Shown: one piece after another, positions 44,264 to 54,879 of the stretch
Layout: every line of letters starts with the position of its first letter
Position numbering within the stretch: the stretch's first letter is position 1
DNA from: Alphaproteobacteria bacterium
Lineage (GTDB): Bacteria; Pseudomonadota; Alphaproteobacteria; UBA828
Direction of reading: 5' to 3'
Assembly (NCBI GenBank): GCA_965221125.1
Contig: CBDCRW010000007.1
Location: 640,001-704,000, forward strand
Length of the DNA stretch: 64,000 bases
Position numbers and translations under genes: made by a program
The notes under the pieces: generated by a model
What the model was told of the DNA's origin: nothing
Database searches by the model: none
What the model saw: the letters and a program-made list of their open reading frames with translations, nothing else

Positions 44264-45945
44264 ACGCGACCTCGCCGGCTGCGGCGCCTCACGTCCAGCG
44301 AGATGCGCTGCACTTCCTGCCCCTCGGCGGGGCAGGGGAGATCGGCATGAACCTCAACCTCTACGCCTGCGACGGCGCGTGGTTGATGGTCGATCTCGGC
44401 ATCACCTTCGCAGGCGACACGCTGCCGGGCATCGACGTGGTCATGCCGGACCCTGCGTTCATCGCGGAGCGCCGGAAGGATTTGCTGGCCATCGTGCTGA
44501 CCCACGCCCACGAGGATCACCTGGGCGCGGTCGCCTATCTCTGGCCGAGGCTCCGCTGCCCCGTGTACGCGACTCCCTTCGCCGCCGCCGTGCTGCGGGA
44601 GAAGCTGCGCGACGAGGGGCTGCTTTCCGAGGTGCCGCTGACCGAGGTGCCGCTCTCCGGCCGGCTCGATCTCGGACCCTTCGCGCTCACCTTCATCTCG
44701 CTCACGCATTCGATCCCCGAGCCCAACGCGCTGCTGATCGAGACGCCCTACGGGCGCGTCATGCACACCGGCGACTGGAAGATCGACGCCGACCCGCTGG
44801 TGGGCGAGCCCCTCGACGAAGTGGCGCTGCGGCAGGCGGGCGAGGCCGGCGTGCTGGCGCTGGTCGGCGATTCCACCAACGCGACGGTGGAGGGCGAATC
44901 GGGGTCGGAAGGCGCGGTACGCCAGACGCTCTCGCGCCTCATTGCCGAGCGAGAGAACGGCATCGCCGTGACCCTCTTCGCGTCGAACGTCGCCCGTCTC
45001 GAATCTGTCGCGTTCGCCGCGCGCGATGCGGGGCGGGAGCCGGTGCTGGTCGGCCGCTCGCTGCAGCGCTACGTGCGCGCGGCGCGGGCCTGCGGCTACC
45101 TGGATGGCGTGCGCCTGCTGACCGAGGACGAGGGCGCATCGCTTCACGGCAGCCAGGCGCTCCACCTCTGCACCGGCTGCCAGGGCGAGCCGCGCGCCGC
45201 GATGTCCCGCATCGCCGGCGACAGCCACCCCCGCGTGAGCCTCGGCGAAGGCGATACCGTGATCTTCTCGTCGAAGATCATTCCCGGCAACGAGCGGACC
45301 ATCGGCAACCTGCACAACCGGCTGCTGCGGCGCGGCATCGAGGTCATCACGGAGGCGGACGCGGAGGTCCACGTCTCCGGCCACCCATGCCGGGACGAGC
45401 TGCGCCAGATGTACCAGTGGATCAGGCCGCAGATCGCGGTGCCGGTGCACGGCGAGGCGCGGCACATGCAGGCGCACGGCGCGCTCGCCCGTTCGCTCCA
45501 GGTGCCCGAGCCCGTCCTCGTGGAGAACGGCGACCTGCTCAGGCTCGGCCCCGGCAAGGCCGCCATCGTCGGCCGCGCGCCGGCCGGCCGGCTCGCGCTG
45601 GACGGCGGGCAGATCGTCGCGACCGATCACGTCTCCATCGGCGCGCGGCGCAAGCTGATGCACAACGGCGCGATCTTCGTCTCCGTCATCGTCGACCGCA
45701 GCGGGCGAACCCTCGTATCGCCCATCGTCTCCGGGCGCGGCGTTCTCGATGCCGACGACCAGCAGGGGGAGCGGGAGGCGATCGCCGCGGACGTGGCGGA
45801 CGCGGTGGATTCGCTGCCGCGCGCGCAGGCGCGCAACGAGAGCGCGATCGAGGAGGCGGCGCGCCGCGCCATCCGGCGCGCGGTGCGCGACGGCTACGGC
45901 AAGCGCCCGGTGATCGACGTGCAGATCGCGCGCGTGCCAGGATGA
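44260..45945 (+). CDS. rnj: Ribonuclease J
   Basis: PLGGAGEIGMN, THAHEDHLG, HTGDWK, HVSGH, VPVHGE. Confidence 0.95.
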   Translation: MNATSPAAAPHVQRDALHFLPLGGAGEIGMNLNLYACDGAWLMVDLGITFAGDTLPGIDVVMPDPAFIAERRKDLLAIVLTHAHEDHLGAVAYLWPRLRCPVYATPFAAAVLREKLRDEGLLSEVPLTEVPLSGRLDLGPFALTFISLTHSIPEPNALLIETPYGRVMHTGDWKIDADPLVGEPLDEVALRQAGEAGVLALVGDSTNATVEGESGSEGAVRQTLSRLIAERENGIAVTLFASNVARLESVAFAARDAGREPVLVGRSLQRYVRAARACGYLDGVRLLTEDEGASLHGSQALHLCTGCQGEPRAAMSRIAGDSHPRVSLGEGDTVIFSSKIIPGNERTIGNLHNRLLRRGIEVITEADAEVHVSGHPCRDELRQMYQWIRPQIAVPVHGEARHMQAHGALARSLQVPEPVLVENGDLLRLGPGKAAIVGRAPAGRLALDGGQIVATDHVSIGARRKLMHNGAIFVSVIVDRSGRTLVSPIVSGRGVLDADDQQGEREAIAADVADAVDSLPRAQARNESAIEEAARRAIRRAVRDGYGKRPVIDVQIARVPG

Positions 45946-45958
45946 GCGGAGCCGCGCC

Positions 45959-46363
45959 ATGATCGGACGCCTGAACCATGTCGCCATCGCCGTGCCCGAT
46001 CTCGCGGCGGCGAGCGCGCTCTACCGCGGTACGCTGGGCGCCGAGGTCTCCGACCCCCTGGACCTGCCGGAGCATGGCGTGACCACGGTCTTCGTCGTGC
46101 TGCCCAACACCAAACTGGAATTGCTGCATCCGCTGGGCGAAGGCTCGCCCATCGCGGGCTTCCTCGCCAGGAACCCGGCTGGCGGGGTTCACCATCTCTG
46201 CTACGAGGTGGACGACATCCTCGGCGCGCGCGACCGCCTGGTCGCCGAGGGCGCGCGGGTGCTGGGCGACGGCGAGCCGCGCACGGGCGCCCACGGCAAG
46301 CCCGTTCTCTTCCTCCATCCCAAGGACTTCTGCGGCACGCTGATCGAGCTGGAGCAGGTCTGA
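45959..46363 (+). CDS. mce: Methylmalonyl-CoA epimerase
   Basis: MIGRLNHVAIAV, GAHGKPVLFLHPKDFCGTLIELEQ. Confidence 0.95.
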   Translation: MIGRLNHVAIAVPDLAAASALYRGTLGAEVSDPLDLPEHGVTTVFVVLPNTKLELLHPLGEGSPIAGFLARNPAGGVHHLCYEVDDILGARDRLVAEGARVLGDGEPRTGAHGKPVLFLHPKDFCGTLIELEQV

Positions 46364-46372
46364 GGCATCGCC

Positions 46373-46615
46373 GTGGACGTCTTCGGCATCATCGTCGTCT
46401 TCGTGATCGCCTGGTGGCTCTCCTTCTTCGTCGCGCTTCCGTTCGGGATCAGGCCCATCGAGAATCCGGAGCCAGGCCACGCGCCGGGCGCGCCCCAGCG
46501 CCCGCGGCTCTGGCGCAAGGCGGCGATCGCGACCGTGGCCGGCGGCGTGATCACCGGCGCCATCGTCGGCATCGTCGATGCCGGCTGGCTCTCGATGGAA
46601 ACCTTCGCCGAGTAG
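46373..46615 (+). CDS. DUF1467 family protein
   Basis: WWLSFFVALPFG, GHAPGAP; conserved position after mce. Confidence 0.85.
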   Translation: MDVFGIIVVFVIAWWLSFFVALPFGIRPIENPEPGHAPGAPQRPRLWRKAAIATVAGGVITGAIVGIVDAGWLSMETFAE

Positions 46616-46631
46616 GGCGGGGCAGGGCGCC

Positions 46632-47177
46632 GTGACGAGCTATTGCGACATCGCGCCCGGGCACCCCTTCCACGGGCCCTATCACGACCGGGAATACGGT
46701 TTCCCGGTCCGTGACGACGACCGCCTGTTCGAACGCCTCGTGCTGGAGATCAACCAGGCCGGGCTCTCGTGGCTCACGATCCTGAAGAAGCGCGACGCCT
46801 TCACAGAAGCCTTCGAAGGCTTCGAGATCGCGCGGGTCGCCGCCTACGACGATGAGGCGCGCGCACGCCTGCTCGCCGATGCGGGCATCATCCGCAACCG
46901 GCTCAAGGTCGATGCCGCCATCGAGAACGCCCGGCGCATTCAGGCGCTGCAGGCCTCCCACGGCTCCTTCGCAGCCTGGCTCGACGCCCACCATCCCAGG
47001 CCGCATGGCGATTGGGTGAAGCTCTTCAAGGCGCACTTCAAGTTCATGGGCGGCGAGATCTGCCGGGAGTTCCTGCTGTCCACCGGCTATCTCGAAGGCG
47101 CCCACCGCCCCGACTGCCCGGTTTACGCCGAAATCCTCAAGCTGGAGCCGCCCTGGCTGCGTGCCTCTAGCGGTTAG
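46632..47177 (+). CDS. tag: DNA-3-methyladenine glycosylase I
   Basis: YHDREYG, LEINQAGLSW, IIRNRLK, H..DC. Confidence 0.92.
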   Translation: MTSYCDIAPGHPFHGPYHDREYGFPVRDDDRLFERLVLEINQAGLSWLTILKKRDAFTEAFEGFEIARVAAYDDEARARLLADAGIIRNRLKVDAAIENARRIQALQASHGSFAAWLDAHHPRPHGDWVKLFKAHFKFMGGEICREFLLSTGYLEGAHRPDCPVYAEILKLEPPWLRASSG

Positions 47178-47250
47178 AGCACAATCCGGCCGGATGGAAT
47201 CGTTCCCGGTTGCCGCCCGTTCGTGTGTTGGCTCGCTGAACGGCCGAAAC

Positions 47251-47366
47251 GAATCCCCCACCTCACCCCGGCCCTCTCCTCCCCGAGGGGAGGAGAGGGA
47301 GACTCCGCCATCGGCGTCAGCGTCCCCCCTCCGCCCATTGGGGGGAGGGGGACAGGGGGAGGTGGG
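47251..47366. repeat. Double-hairpin REP/MITE-like element, copy 2 (inverted relative to copy 1)
   Basis: 34-bp exact inverted match to 12236-12269; between convergent genes. Confidence 0.85.
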
Positions 47367-47428
47367 AAAACTCCGTCCGCAGTGATCTCGTAAGGTCGGA
47401 AATCGGGCTAGCCCCGTCGCAATTCCGA

Positions 47429-48211
47429 TCAATGCAGGCTGGCGAGGTCCTCCTCGGTCTCCTCCTCGATCCGCTTGCCGAGGATGATCATGCCGAGCAC
47501 CTGGTCCTTGGTCACGTCCTGCGTGCGCACCGTGTCCACCACCTTGCCGCCGTTGAGCACGGTGATGCGGTCGGAGAGGTCGAAGACGTCGTGGATGTCG
47601 TGGCTGATGAGGAAGATGCCGATCCCTTCCGACTTCAGCCGCTTGATCAGGTCGCCGACCATGCGGGTCTCCTGGGGCCCGAGCGCCGCCGTCGGCTCGT
47701 CCATGATCAGGATCTTCGCGTTGAAGTAGATCGCGCGCCCGATGGCGACCGCCTGGCGCTGGCCGCCGGAGAGGTTGATCACCGGCTCCCGGATCGAGGG
47801 GATCTTGATCTGCAGGCGCTCGAGCACGCCCTGGATCTCGCTCGCCATCGCCTCCTCGTTGAGCGTGCGCGCCTTGGTCAGAAGCTCGCGCCCGAGAAAG
47901 ATGTTGGCCGACGCGTCCAGATTGTCGGCGAGCGCCAGCGTCTGATAGATCGTCTCGATGCCGAGCGCGCGCGCATCGCGCGGGTTGTTGATGTCGGCCA
48001 CCGCGCCCTCGATGCGGATCTCCCCGGAATCGCGCCTGAGCGCGCCCGAGAGGATCTTGATGAGCGTGGACTTGCCGGCGCCGTTGTGGCCGACGATGCC
48101 GACCACCTCGCCGGGGAAAAGGTCGACGCTCACGTCGGCCAGCGCGCGCAGGCCGCCGAACGACTTGTCGATGCCCTCCATCTGGACCAGCGGCGCAGCG
48201 TCGTCGCTCAT
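47429..48211 (-). CDS. Sugar ABC transporter ATP-binding protein (single domain)
   Basis: [24 protein letters not shown]. Confidence 0.92.
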   Translation of the reverse strand: MSDDAAPLVQMEGIDKSFGGLRALADVSVDLFPGEVVGIVGHNGAGKSTLIKILSGALRRDSGEIRIEGAVADINNPRDARALGIETIYQTLALADNLDASANIFLGRELLTKARTLNEEAMASEIQGVLERLQIKIPSIREPVINLSGGQRQAVAIGRAIYFNAKILIMDEPTAALGPQETRMVGDLIKRLKSEGIGIFLISHDIHDVFDLSDRITVLNGGKVVDTVRTQDVTKDQVLGMIILGKRIEEETEEDLASLH

Positions 48212-49455
48212 CGCACCTGCAACCTCCGCTTCTGATAGACCACGTCGAACCAGACCGCGAGCAACAGGACGCCGGCGCTCACCATCTGCTGGATGGCGCT
48301 GGTGATGCCCATGAGCAGCATGCCGTTCTGCAGGCTCTGCATGATGAGCGCGCCCAGGATCGCGCCCGCCACCGTGCCGACCCCGCCGGAGAGCGAGGCG
48401 CCGCCGATCACCGCCGCGGCGATCACGTTGAGCTCCGCGAGCTGGCCGAGCGACGTGGGCGAGGCGTTGAGCCGGGCGATCGACACCGCACCGGCAATCG
48501 CGCACAGGATGCCTGAGATGATGAAGATGTAGAGGGTCATCTTCTTGACGTCGACGCCGGCGAGCTCGGCGGCCTCGGGATTGCCGCCCATGGCGTAGAC
48601 GTAGCGGCCGAAGCGCGTGATCCGGGCCACCAGGCTCATCACGATCACGATCACGATCAGGATCAGCACCGGGATCGGGATGCCCTGCGGCGTCTTGCGG
48701 ATGGGATGCAGGTAGGCGTTCATCGTCATGACGAAGCCCACCACAGCGGCGCACGCGACGGCGATCAACGCAAGCTCCACCGCGAGCGGGCGCACCCGGA
48801 AGCCGTAGCGCTGCTTGCGCAGCCGGCTTTGCACGAAGAAGAAGACGATCCCGATGATGCCGAGCCCGCCGACCACCCAACTCCAGGTCTCGCCGATGGT
48901 CCCCTCGAGGCCGCCGCCGAGCTTCTGGAAGGTCTCGTCCATGGGCGAGATGGTGACGCCGCCGCTGATGAGCCACGACGCGCCGCGCCATGCGAGCAGG
49001 CCGGCCAGCGTGACGATGAAGGACGGCAGCGCGCGATAGGCGATCCAGTATCCCTGGAAGGCGCCCAGCAGCGCGCCGAAGGCAATGCAGATGAGCAGCG
49101 TGACGATCCAGTTGTAGCCGGCGCCGACCGGAAACACCCAGACCTGGAACACGGCCGCGAACATGCCCGCCAGGCCCATCATGGAGCCGACGGAAAGGTC
49201 GATATGGCGCGACACGATGACCAGCACCATGCCGGTCGCCATGATGGCGACGACGCTGGTCTGCAGCGACAGGTTGAAGAGGTTGCGCGCGGTCAGGAAG
49301 AACCCGCCGGTCGCAAACTCGAAGCCGACCGCGATGGCGGCCAGCACGGCGAACATGGCGAGAAGGCGGGCATCGACCTCGAGCACCGCCGCCACGCGCC
49401 GGAAGGTTCCGGCGGCCTGCGCGCCTCTGGCCCGTGCTCCCACCCCGTCGGTCAT
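48208..49455 (-). CDS. Sugar ABC transporter permease (XylH-like)
   Basis: [36 protein letters not shown]. Confidence 0.9.
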   Translation of the reverse strand: MTDGVGARARGAQAAGTFRRVAAVLEVDARLLAMFAVLAAIAVGFEFATGGFFLTARNLFNLSLQTSVVAIMATGMVLVIVSRHIDLSVGSMMGLAGMFAAVFQVWVFPVGAGYNWIVTLLICIAFGALLGAFQGYWIAYRALPSFIVTLAGLLAWRGASWLISGGVTISPMDETFQKLGGGLEGTIGETWSWVVGGLGIIGIVFFFVQSRLRKQRYGFRVRPLAVELALIAVACAAVVGFVMTMNAYLHPIRKTPQGIPIPVLILIVIVIVMSLVARITRFGRYVYAMGGNPEAAELAGVDVKKMTLYIFIISGILCAIAGAVSIARLNASPTSLGQLAELNVIAAAVIGGASLSGGVGTVAGAILGALIMQSLQNGMLLMGITSAIQQMVSAGVLLLAVWFDVVYQKRRLQVR

Positions 49456-49487
49456 GACGTGCCCGTCATTGCCCGCAAGCCGGAAGA

Positions 49488-49518
49488 GCCGGCTCCGACA
49501 ATCGGCATCGGAGCCGGC
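49488..49518 (-). other. Intercistronic hairpin after the SBP gene
   Basis: GCCGGCTCCGA-N9-TCGGAGCCGGC; similar hairpins follow the other SBP genes (about 9983-10012 and 58917-58943). Confidence 0.55.
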
Positions 49519-49535
49519 GCCTCACGACCAGGTGT

Positions 49536-50621
49536 CTACTCGCAGCCCGCCGGCGGGTTCTTACCGTGGACCGTCTCCGGCACCGCATCGACGCCTGCGC
49601 AGAGCTCCTCCTTGGAGATCCAGCCGGCGTCGAGCACGACGTTGAGGTTGTCGCGCGTAATCGCGACCGGCGCGAGCTCGATCGCATCCTGGCAGAGCTT
49701 GTTGGGACCGCCACAGAACTTGGACGCGCCTTCGATCTGGTCGGGCGGCGTGCCCTCGGCAAGGGCGACGGCAATGTCCACGCCGGCGCGGCCGAGATCG
49801 CAGGCGTTCTTCCAGGCGCTGACCGTCTGGTAGCCCTTGGCGATGCGGTTGAGCGCCGCGATGTCGCCGTCCTGGCCTGAGACCGGAATGTTGCCGGCGA
49901 GGCCCTGCGAGGCGAGCGCCGCCACCACGCCGCCGGCGGTGCCATCGTTGGAGGCGACCACTGCGTCGACGTTGTTGTTGTTGGCGGTCAGGCACTGCTC
50001 CATGTTGACCTGCGCGTTCTCAGGCAGCCAGCCGTCGGAGTAGAGCTCGCAAACGATCTCGATATCGCCCGCCTCGATGTAGGGGGTCAGAATCTCGACC
50101 TGTCCGCCCCATACGAACTCGGTGATCTCCATGGTCGGGCTGCCCTTGATGTAGGCGAAGCGGCCCTTGTTCACGACATCGACCACGCCGCGCGCCTGAA
50201 TGCGGCCGACCTCGGCGTTGTCGAAGCTGAGGTAGAAGACGCCCGGCTCCTCGACCTGAACGTCATAGCCGATCGTGGGAATGCCGTTGGCGAGCGCCAT
50301 CTGCGCTGCCGGCTTCACCGCATCCGTCGAGTAAGGGATGATGAGGAGAACGTCTACGCCGCGGCTGACGAGCGTCTCGATATCGGCGCTCTGCTTCTCC
50401 GCCGACGCGTTGGCATCCGTCGAGATGTAATCCCAATCGGGGTACTTCTTGAGCTGATCCAGCATGCAGGCTTCGTCGTACTTCTTCCAGCGCTCCTCGC
50501 GGAAGTGCTGCCAGCTCACGCCCAAGAGCTTGTCGGCGGCAAGGGCCGGCCCGGCCGTCGCCCCGATGATGGCACTGATGCCGAGCGCCAGTGCGCCGGC
50601 CGCGAACGTCGATACCTTCAT
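49536..50621 (-). CDS. Sugar ABC substrate-binding protein (XylF-like)
   Basis: Signal peptide; GVSWQHFREERW, YLSFDN, VASNDGTAGG, SGQDGD. Confidence 0.88.
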   Translation of the reverse strand: MKVSTFAAGALALGISAIIGATAGPALAADKLLGVSWQHFREERWKKYDEACMLDQLKKYPDWDYISTDANASAEKQSADIETLVSRGVDVLLIIPYSTDAVKPAAQMALANGIPTIGYDVQVEEPGVFYLSFDNAEVGRIQARGVVDVVNKGRFAYIKGSPTMEITEFVWGGQVEILTPYIEAGDIEIVCELYSDGWLPENAQVNMEQCLTANNNNVDAVVASNDGTAGGVVAALASQGLAGNIPVSGQDGDIAALNRIAKGYQTVSAWKNACDLGRAGVDIAVALAEGTPPDQIEGASKFCGGPNKLCQDAIELAPVAITRDNLNVVLDAGWISKEELCAGVDAVPETVHGKNPPAGCE

Positions 50622-50743
50622 ATGAGTGGTCTCCCTTCGTGGTTGATCTGGCACATGCTCCCTCTCAGCGTCCCGCTCCCTGCCAGACCCCGCCGCCCAT
50701 GACGGCTTCGGAGAGCGGTACGCCCGATAAACCTGGTTTGAGA

Positions 50744-51916
50744 CTAGACGGTGATTTCCTCCACCCTGACCCAACGCCGCTCGGCATCGGAGAGGATGCA
50801 GGCGTCGATCACGCGCTGGACCTCCGCCGCGAATCTGAAATCGGGATAGGCCGGCTTGCCGGCCGCAACGGCCTCGATGAGGTCTTGCACCTCCATCACC
50901 TTGTAGTCGTTGTAGCCGGCGCCGATGCCGGGAACCGGATAGAACGCCGCGTAGCGCGGGTCGGTCGGGCCCATGACGACGTGCTTGAACCCTCTGGTCT
51001 CCTGCGCCCCGTCCTCCGTGTAGACCTGCAGGCTGTTGATGTTGTCGTAGAAGTAGCGCACCCCGCCCTCGGTGCCGGTCAGCTCGTAGCCGACGTCCAT
51101 GCGCTTGCCGAGCGAGACGCGGCTCATCTCCATGTGCCCGGTGAGGCCGCCCGAGGTCCTGAACATCACGGTCGCCACGTCGTCCGTATCGACCTGCACC
51201 ATCTGCCCGGTGCCGCCGGCGTCCTGGCTGAAGCCGCCGTGTTCCGCCGGCGCCGGCCGCTCGGGGATGACGATCTTCAGGTCGCACACCACCTCCTCGA
51301 CCGGCTGGCCGACGAGGTGGCTCAGGTAGGCGAAGCAATGTGCGCCGATGTCGCCGATCACGCCGGAGCCGGCCTTCGCCTTGTCGTTGCGCCAGGAGAA
51401 GGGGATCTCCGGCCGGCCCAGAAAATCCGCGCTGAACGAGCCCCGGTAGTAGTTCGGCGCGCCGATCTCGCCGTCCGCCACCAGCCGCCGGGCGAGCGAC
51501 TGCACCGGGTTCTTGATGTAGTTGAAGCCCACCATCGTCGTGACGCCCGCCTTCTCGGCCGCCTCCGCCATCGTGAACGCGGTCTTCGCGTCGTTGGCGA
51601 GGGGCTTTTCGCAGTAGACGTGCTTGCCGGCGGCGACCGCCGCCATCGCGATGTCGAAGTGAAGGTCGTTCGGCGTGTTGATGTCGACGATGTCGATGGT
51701 CGGATCGTCGATGATCTCGCGCCAGTCCGCCGTGTGGCGATTGAAGCCGAACTCGCGTGCCGCGCGGCTCGCGATCTCGTCGTTCACGTCGGCGAGGGCT
51801 TCGAGCACGGGCGCAGCGGGCTTTCCGCCGAACGCAAGCCGCTGAGCCTGGTAGCTCATGGCGTGGGTCTTGCCCATCCAGCCGGCGCCGACGAGGCCGA
51901 TCTTCAACTCTGACAT
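50744..51916 (-). CDS. Gfo/Idh/MocA family sugar/inositol dehydrogenase
   Basis: GAGWMG, TPNDLH, CEKP, GDIGAH. Confidence 0.9.
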   Translation of the reverse strand: MSELKIGLVGAGWMGKTHAMSYQAQRLAFGGKPAAPVLEALADVNDEIASRAAREFGFNRHTADWREIIDDPTIDIVDINTPNDLHFDIAMAAVAAGKHVYCEKPLANDAKTAFTMAEAAEKAGVTTMVGFNYIKNPVQSLARRLVADGEIGAPNYYRGSFSADFLGRPEIPFSWRNDKAKAGSGVIGDIGAHCFAYLSHLVGQPVEEVVCDLKIVIPERPAPAEHGGFSQDAGGTGQMVQVDTDDVATVMFRTSGGLTGHMEMSRVSLGKRMDVGYELTGTEGGVRYFYDNINSLQVYTEDGAQETRGFKHVVMGPTDPRYAAFYPVPGIGAGYNDYKVMEVQDLIEAVAAGKPAYPDFRFAAEVQRVIDACILSDAERRWVRVEEITV

Positions 51917-52070
51917 GCGGTGCTCCAACTCACGATTGCTGATTCCCGGCCGCCCGATTGTCGACGACGGAACCCTCAAGACACGACGCCGCGCTGCGAC
52001 CGCCGCGCGACGCCTTGAAAGCGTTCGCATCGTACCAAGCGCATGGTCTCTATGCCAGACTCGCCCGGCC

Positions 52071-53678
52071 ATGAGGACGCGAAATTACCGATTGGAACAG
52101 CGCGGAACCGGGCCCTGCGCGCCGTTGCGAGCGGTGCTCCTGCCGGCGCTTGCCGCCGCCCTGCTGACGGCCGGCCACGTCCGATCGGCGACGGCGGAGG
52201 CGGGCACGCCACGGTTCGCCGAGGTGGCGGCCGCGGCCGGCGTTTCGCATGCCTATACCGGCGACTGGCCCTATATCGTGGGCGGCGGTGTGGCGACCTT
52301 CGACTGCGACCACGACGGCGATTCGGACCTGTTCCTTGCCGGCGGTGCCGAGCCGTCCGCGCTCTTCCGCAACGAGAGCACGGGCACCCTCGCGTTCGCC
52401 GCGGTCGAAGCGCCCTCCGTGCGGATCGACGCCGTGACCGGCGCCTATCCTCTCGACCTGGACGCCGACGGCGTGATGGATCTCGCCGTGCTGCGGGCGG
52501 GCGAGAACGTGCTCCTGCGCGGGCGCGGCGACTGCGCCTTCGAGGTCGCCAACGCCGAATTCGGCTTCGACGGGGGCAACGCCTGGACCACCGCGTTCAG
52601 CGCCACCTGGGAGGACGGAAACCGGCTGCCGACCCTGGCCTTCGGCAATTACGTCGACCGGGACGACCCGAGCGGCCCCTTCAACGCCTGCGACGACAAC
52701 GTCCTGCTGCGCCCGGCGGGGCCCGGTGCATCCGGCTACGGCCCGCCCGCCAGGCTGACCGGCCACTGCACGCTCTCCATGCTGTTCACGGACTGGAACC
52801 GCTCAGGCCGGCCCGGCCTGCGTGTCAGCAACGACCGCCACTACTACGTGCGCGACGGGGAGGAGCAGCTCTGGCGCATGGATGCCGTTCCCCGCCTCTA
52901 CGGCCGCGAGGACGGTTGGCAGCGCCTGCGCATATTCGGCATGGGCATCGCGTCCCACGACGTCACCGGAGACGGCTACCCCGAGTACATGCTCACCAGC
53001 ATGGCCGACAACAAGCTGCGGACACTCACGCAAGGCGCGGACAGGCCGAGCTATGGCGATCTCGCCTACGCGCGGGGCGTCACCGCGCACGTGCCGCACG
53101 TGGGCGACGACCTGCGCCCGTCGACCGCCTGGCACCCGGCGTTCGGCGACGTCGACAACGATGGCTTCGTCGACCTCGTCATCACGAAGGGCAACGTGGA
53201 GTCGATGCCGGACACGGCGGCGCACGATCCCAACAATCTGCTGATGGGCGGCCCGGACGGCCGCTTCGTGGAGCGTTCCGTCGAGGCCGGGGTCGCCAGC
53301 ATGGCGAAGGGCCGGGGCGGTTCCCTCGTCGATCTCGACCGGGACGGCCGGCTCGATCTCGTCGTCGTCAACCGCGGCTCGCCGGTCGAAATCTTTCATA
53401 ATCGGAGCGAGACGGCCGGCAATTGGCTGCAAGTGCGTCTCGAGCAATCGGGGCCGAACCGGAACGGGATCGGCGCCTGGGTCGAGGTGAGCGACGGCAT
53501 GCGGACGTGGAGCCGCGAAGCGACGGTAGGCGGCGGCCACGCCAGCGGCGCGAACGGGTGGATTCATGTCGGCCTGGGCGCGGCGCAGGTCGTGAATATC
53601 AGCGTGATTTGGCCGGACGGTCACACCGTGCGATTCGAGGGCGTGCAGGCGAACACCTTCCTGACGCTCACGCGTTGA
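52071..53678 (+). CDS. CRTAC1-family FG-GAP/VCBS repeat protein with ASPIC/UnbV C-terminal domain
   Basis: Repeated DxDxDGxxD loops; NRNGIGAWVEV, GGGHASG, HVGLG, VIWPDG; N-terminal signal-like segment. Start uncertain. Confidence 0.85.
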   Translation: MRTRNYRLEQRGTGPCAPLRAVLLPALAAALLTAGHVRSATAEAGTPRFAEVAAAAGVSHAYTGDWPYIVGGGVATFDCDHDGDSDLFLAGGAEPSALFRNESTGTLAFAAVEAPSVRIDAVTGAYPLDLDADGVMDLAVLRAGENVLLRGRGDCAFEVANAEFGFDGGNAWTTAFSATWEDGNRLPTLAFGNYVDRDDPSGPFNACDDNVLLRPAGPGASGYGPPARLTGHCTLSMLFTDWNRSGRPGLRVSNDRHYYVRDGEEQLWRMDAVPRLYGREDGWQRLRIFGMGIASHDVTGDGYPEYMLTSMADNKLRTLTQGADRPSYGDLAYARGVTAHVPHVGDDLRPSTAWHPAFGDVDNDGFVDLVITKGNVESMPDTAAHDPNNLLMGGPDGRFVERSVEAGVASMAKGRGGSLVDLDRDGRLDLVVVNRGSPVEIFHNRSETAGNWLQVRLEQSGPNRNGIGAWVEVSDGMRTWSREATVGGGHASGANGWIHVGLGAAQVVNISVIWPDGHTVRFEGVQANTFLTLTR

Positions 53679-53839
53679 GGGTGTCCGCAGCCAGCGAAAG
53701 GGTGCTGGCCTTGGCATCCCCGATCGTTCACCATGTCGCGCAGCATGCCCCCGGCAGCGCCGGCAGAATCCGCGCTAGCCGGGACAGATACACGATGCGC
53801 CGCGCGCTCCCGCCGGCGCCCTGGACGAGGGAGTGACTC

Positions 53840-54601
53840 ATGGATCTTGGCTTGAAAGGCAGGAAGTCGCTGGTGACGGGTGGCACCAAGGGTATCGGTC
53901 GGGCGATCGCCAACGAGCTCGCCGCCGAGGGTTCCGACGTCGCGATCTGCGCGCGCACGGAAGCCGACGTGGAGGAAGCCGTCTCCGCGCTTGCCGCGAC
54001 CGGCGTCCGCGCATCGGGTCGCGCCTTCGACGTCGGCGACGGGCCAGCGATGCGCCAGTGGGTCGACGACGTGGCCGAGGAATTCGGCGGGCTCGACATC
54101 GTCATCCCTAACGTGAGCGCACTCGCCGCGACGCCCGAGCTCGAGTCCTGGCAGAAGGAATTCTCGGTCGACATGATGCACACCGTGAACACGGTGGAGG
54201 CCGCGCTGCCGCACCTTGAGAAGTCGGATGCCGGCTCCATCGTGGTCATCTCCAGCGTCTCCGGCATCGAGATCGACTTCGCCGCCGGCCCCTACGGCGT
54301 CTTCAAGGCGGCGCTGATCCACTATGCCGCCGGGCTCAGCAGGCAGCTCGCGCCCAAGGGCATCCGCGCCAACTCGATCTCGCCCGGCAACACCTACTTC
54401 GACGGCGGCTTCTGGCAGAACATCGAGAAGAACGTTCCGGACCTGTTCAATACGGCGCTCAGCATGAACAAGACCGGGCGCATGGCGACGGCCGAGGAGG
54501 TGGCCAACGCGACGGTGTTCCTCGCCAGCCCGCGTGCGACGTTCATCACCGGCACCAACCTCAAGGTCGACGGCGCGCTCACTAACGGCGTGCAGTACTG
54601 A
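53840..54601 (+). CDS. Short-chain dehydrogenase/reductase
   Basis: TGGTKGIG, YGVFK catalytic motif. Confidence 0.92.
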   Translation: MDLGLKGRKSLVTGGTKGIGRAIANELAAEGSDVAICARTEADVEEAVSALAATGVRASGRAFDVGDGPAMRQWVDDVAEEFGGLDIVIPNVSALAATPELESWQKEFSVDMMHTVNTVEAALPHLEKSDAGSIVVISSVSGIEIDFAAGPYGVFKAALIHYAAGLSRQLAPKGIRANSISPGNTYFDGGFWQNIEKNVPDLFNTALSMNKTGRMATAEEVANATVFLASPRATFITGTNLKVDGALTNGVQY

Positions 54602-54629
54602 ACGAGCGGCGGGGGCAGGGGAGGCGTTG

Positions 54630-54863
54630 ATGGCGGAAGCAGCTGCCGAAGAGCAACCGGCGCTGGAGCTTTACGCCATCCTCACCTGCCCGGACTGCGG
54701 GCATCGGGCGCGCGAGCACATGCCCACCGACGCGTGCCTCTTCTTCCACGAGTGCGCCGGCTGCGGCGTGCGGCTCCGCCCGCTTCCGGGCGATTGCTGC
54801 GTCTTCTGCTCCTACGGCTCGGTGCCGTGTCCGCCGAAGCAGTCCGGCTGCTGTTCCGCCTGA
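54630..54863 (+). CDS. GDCCVxC domain small Cys-rich protein
   Basis: LTCPDCGH..MPTDAC..CAGC..PGDCCVFCSYGSVPCPP. Confidence 0.88.
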   Translation: MAEAAAEEQPALELYAILTCPDCGHRAREHMPTDACLFFHECAGCGVRLRPLPGDCCVFCSYGSVPCPPKQSGCCSA

Positions 54864-54879
54864 AGGAGGCGTTCTCGAC

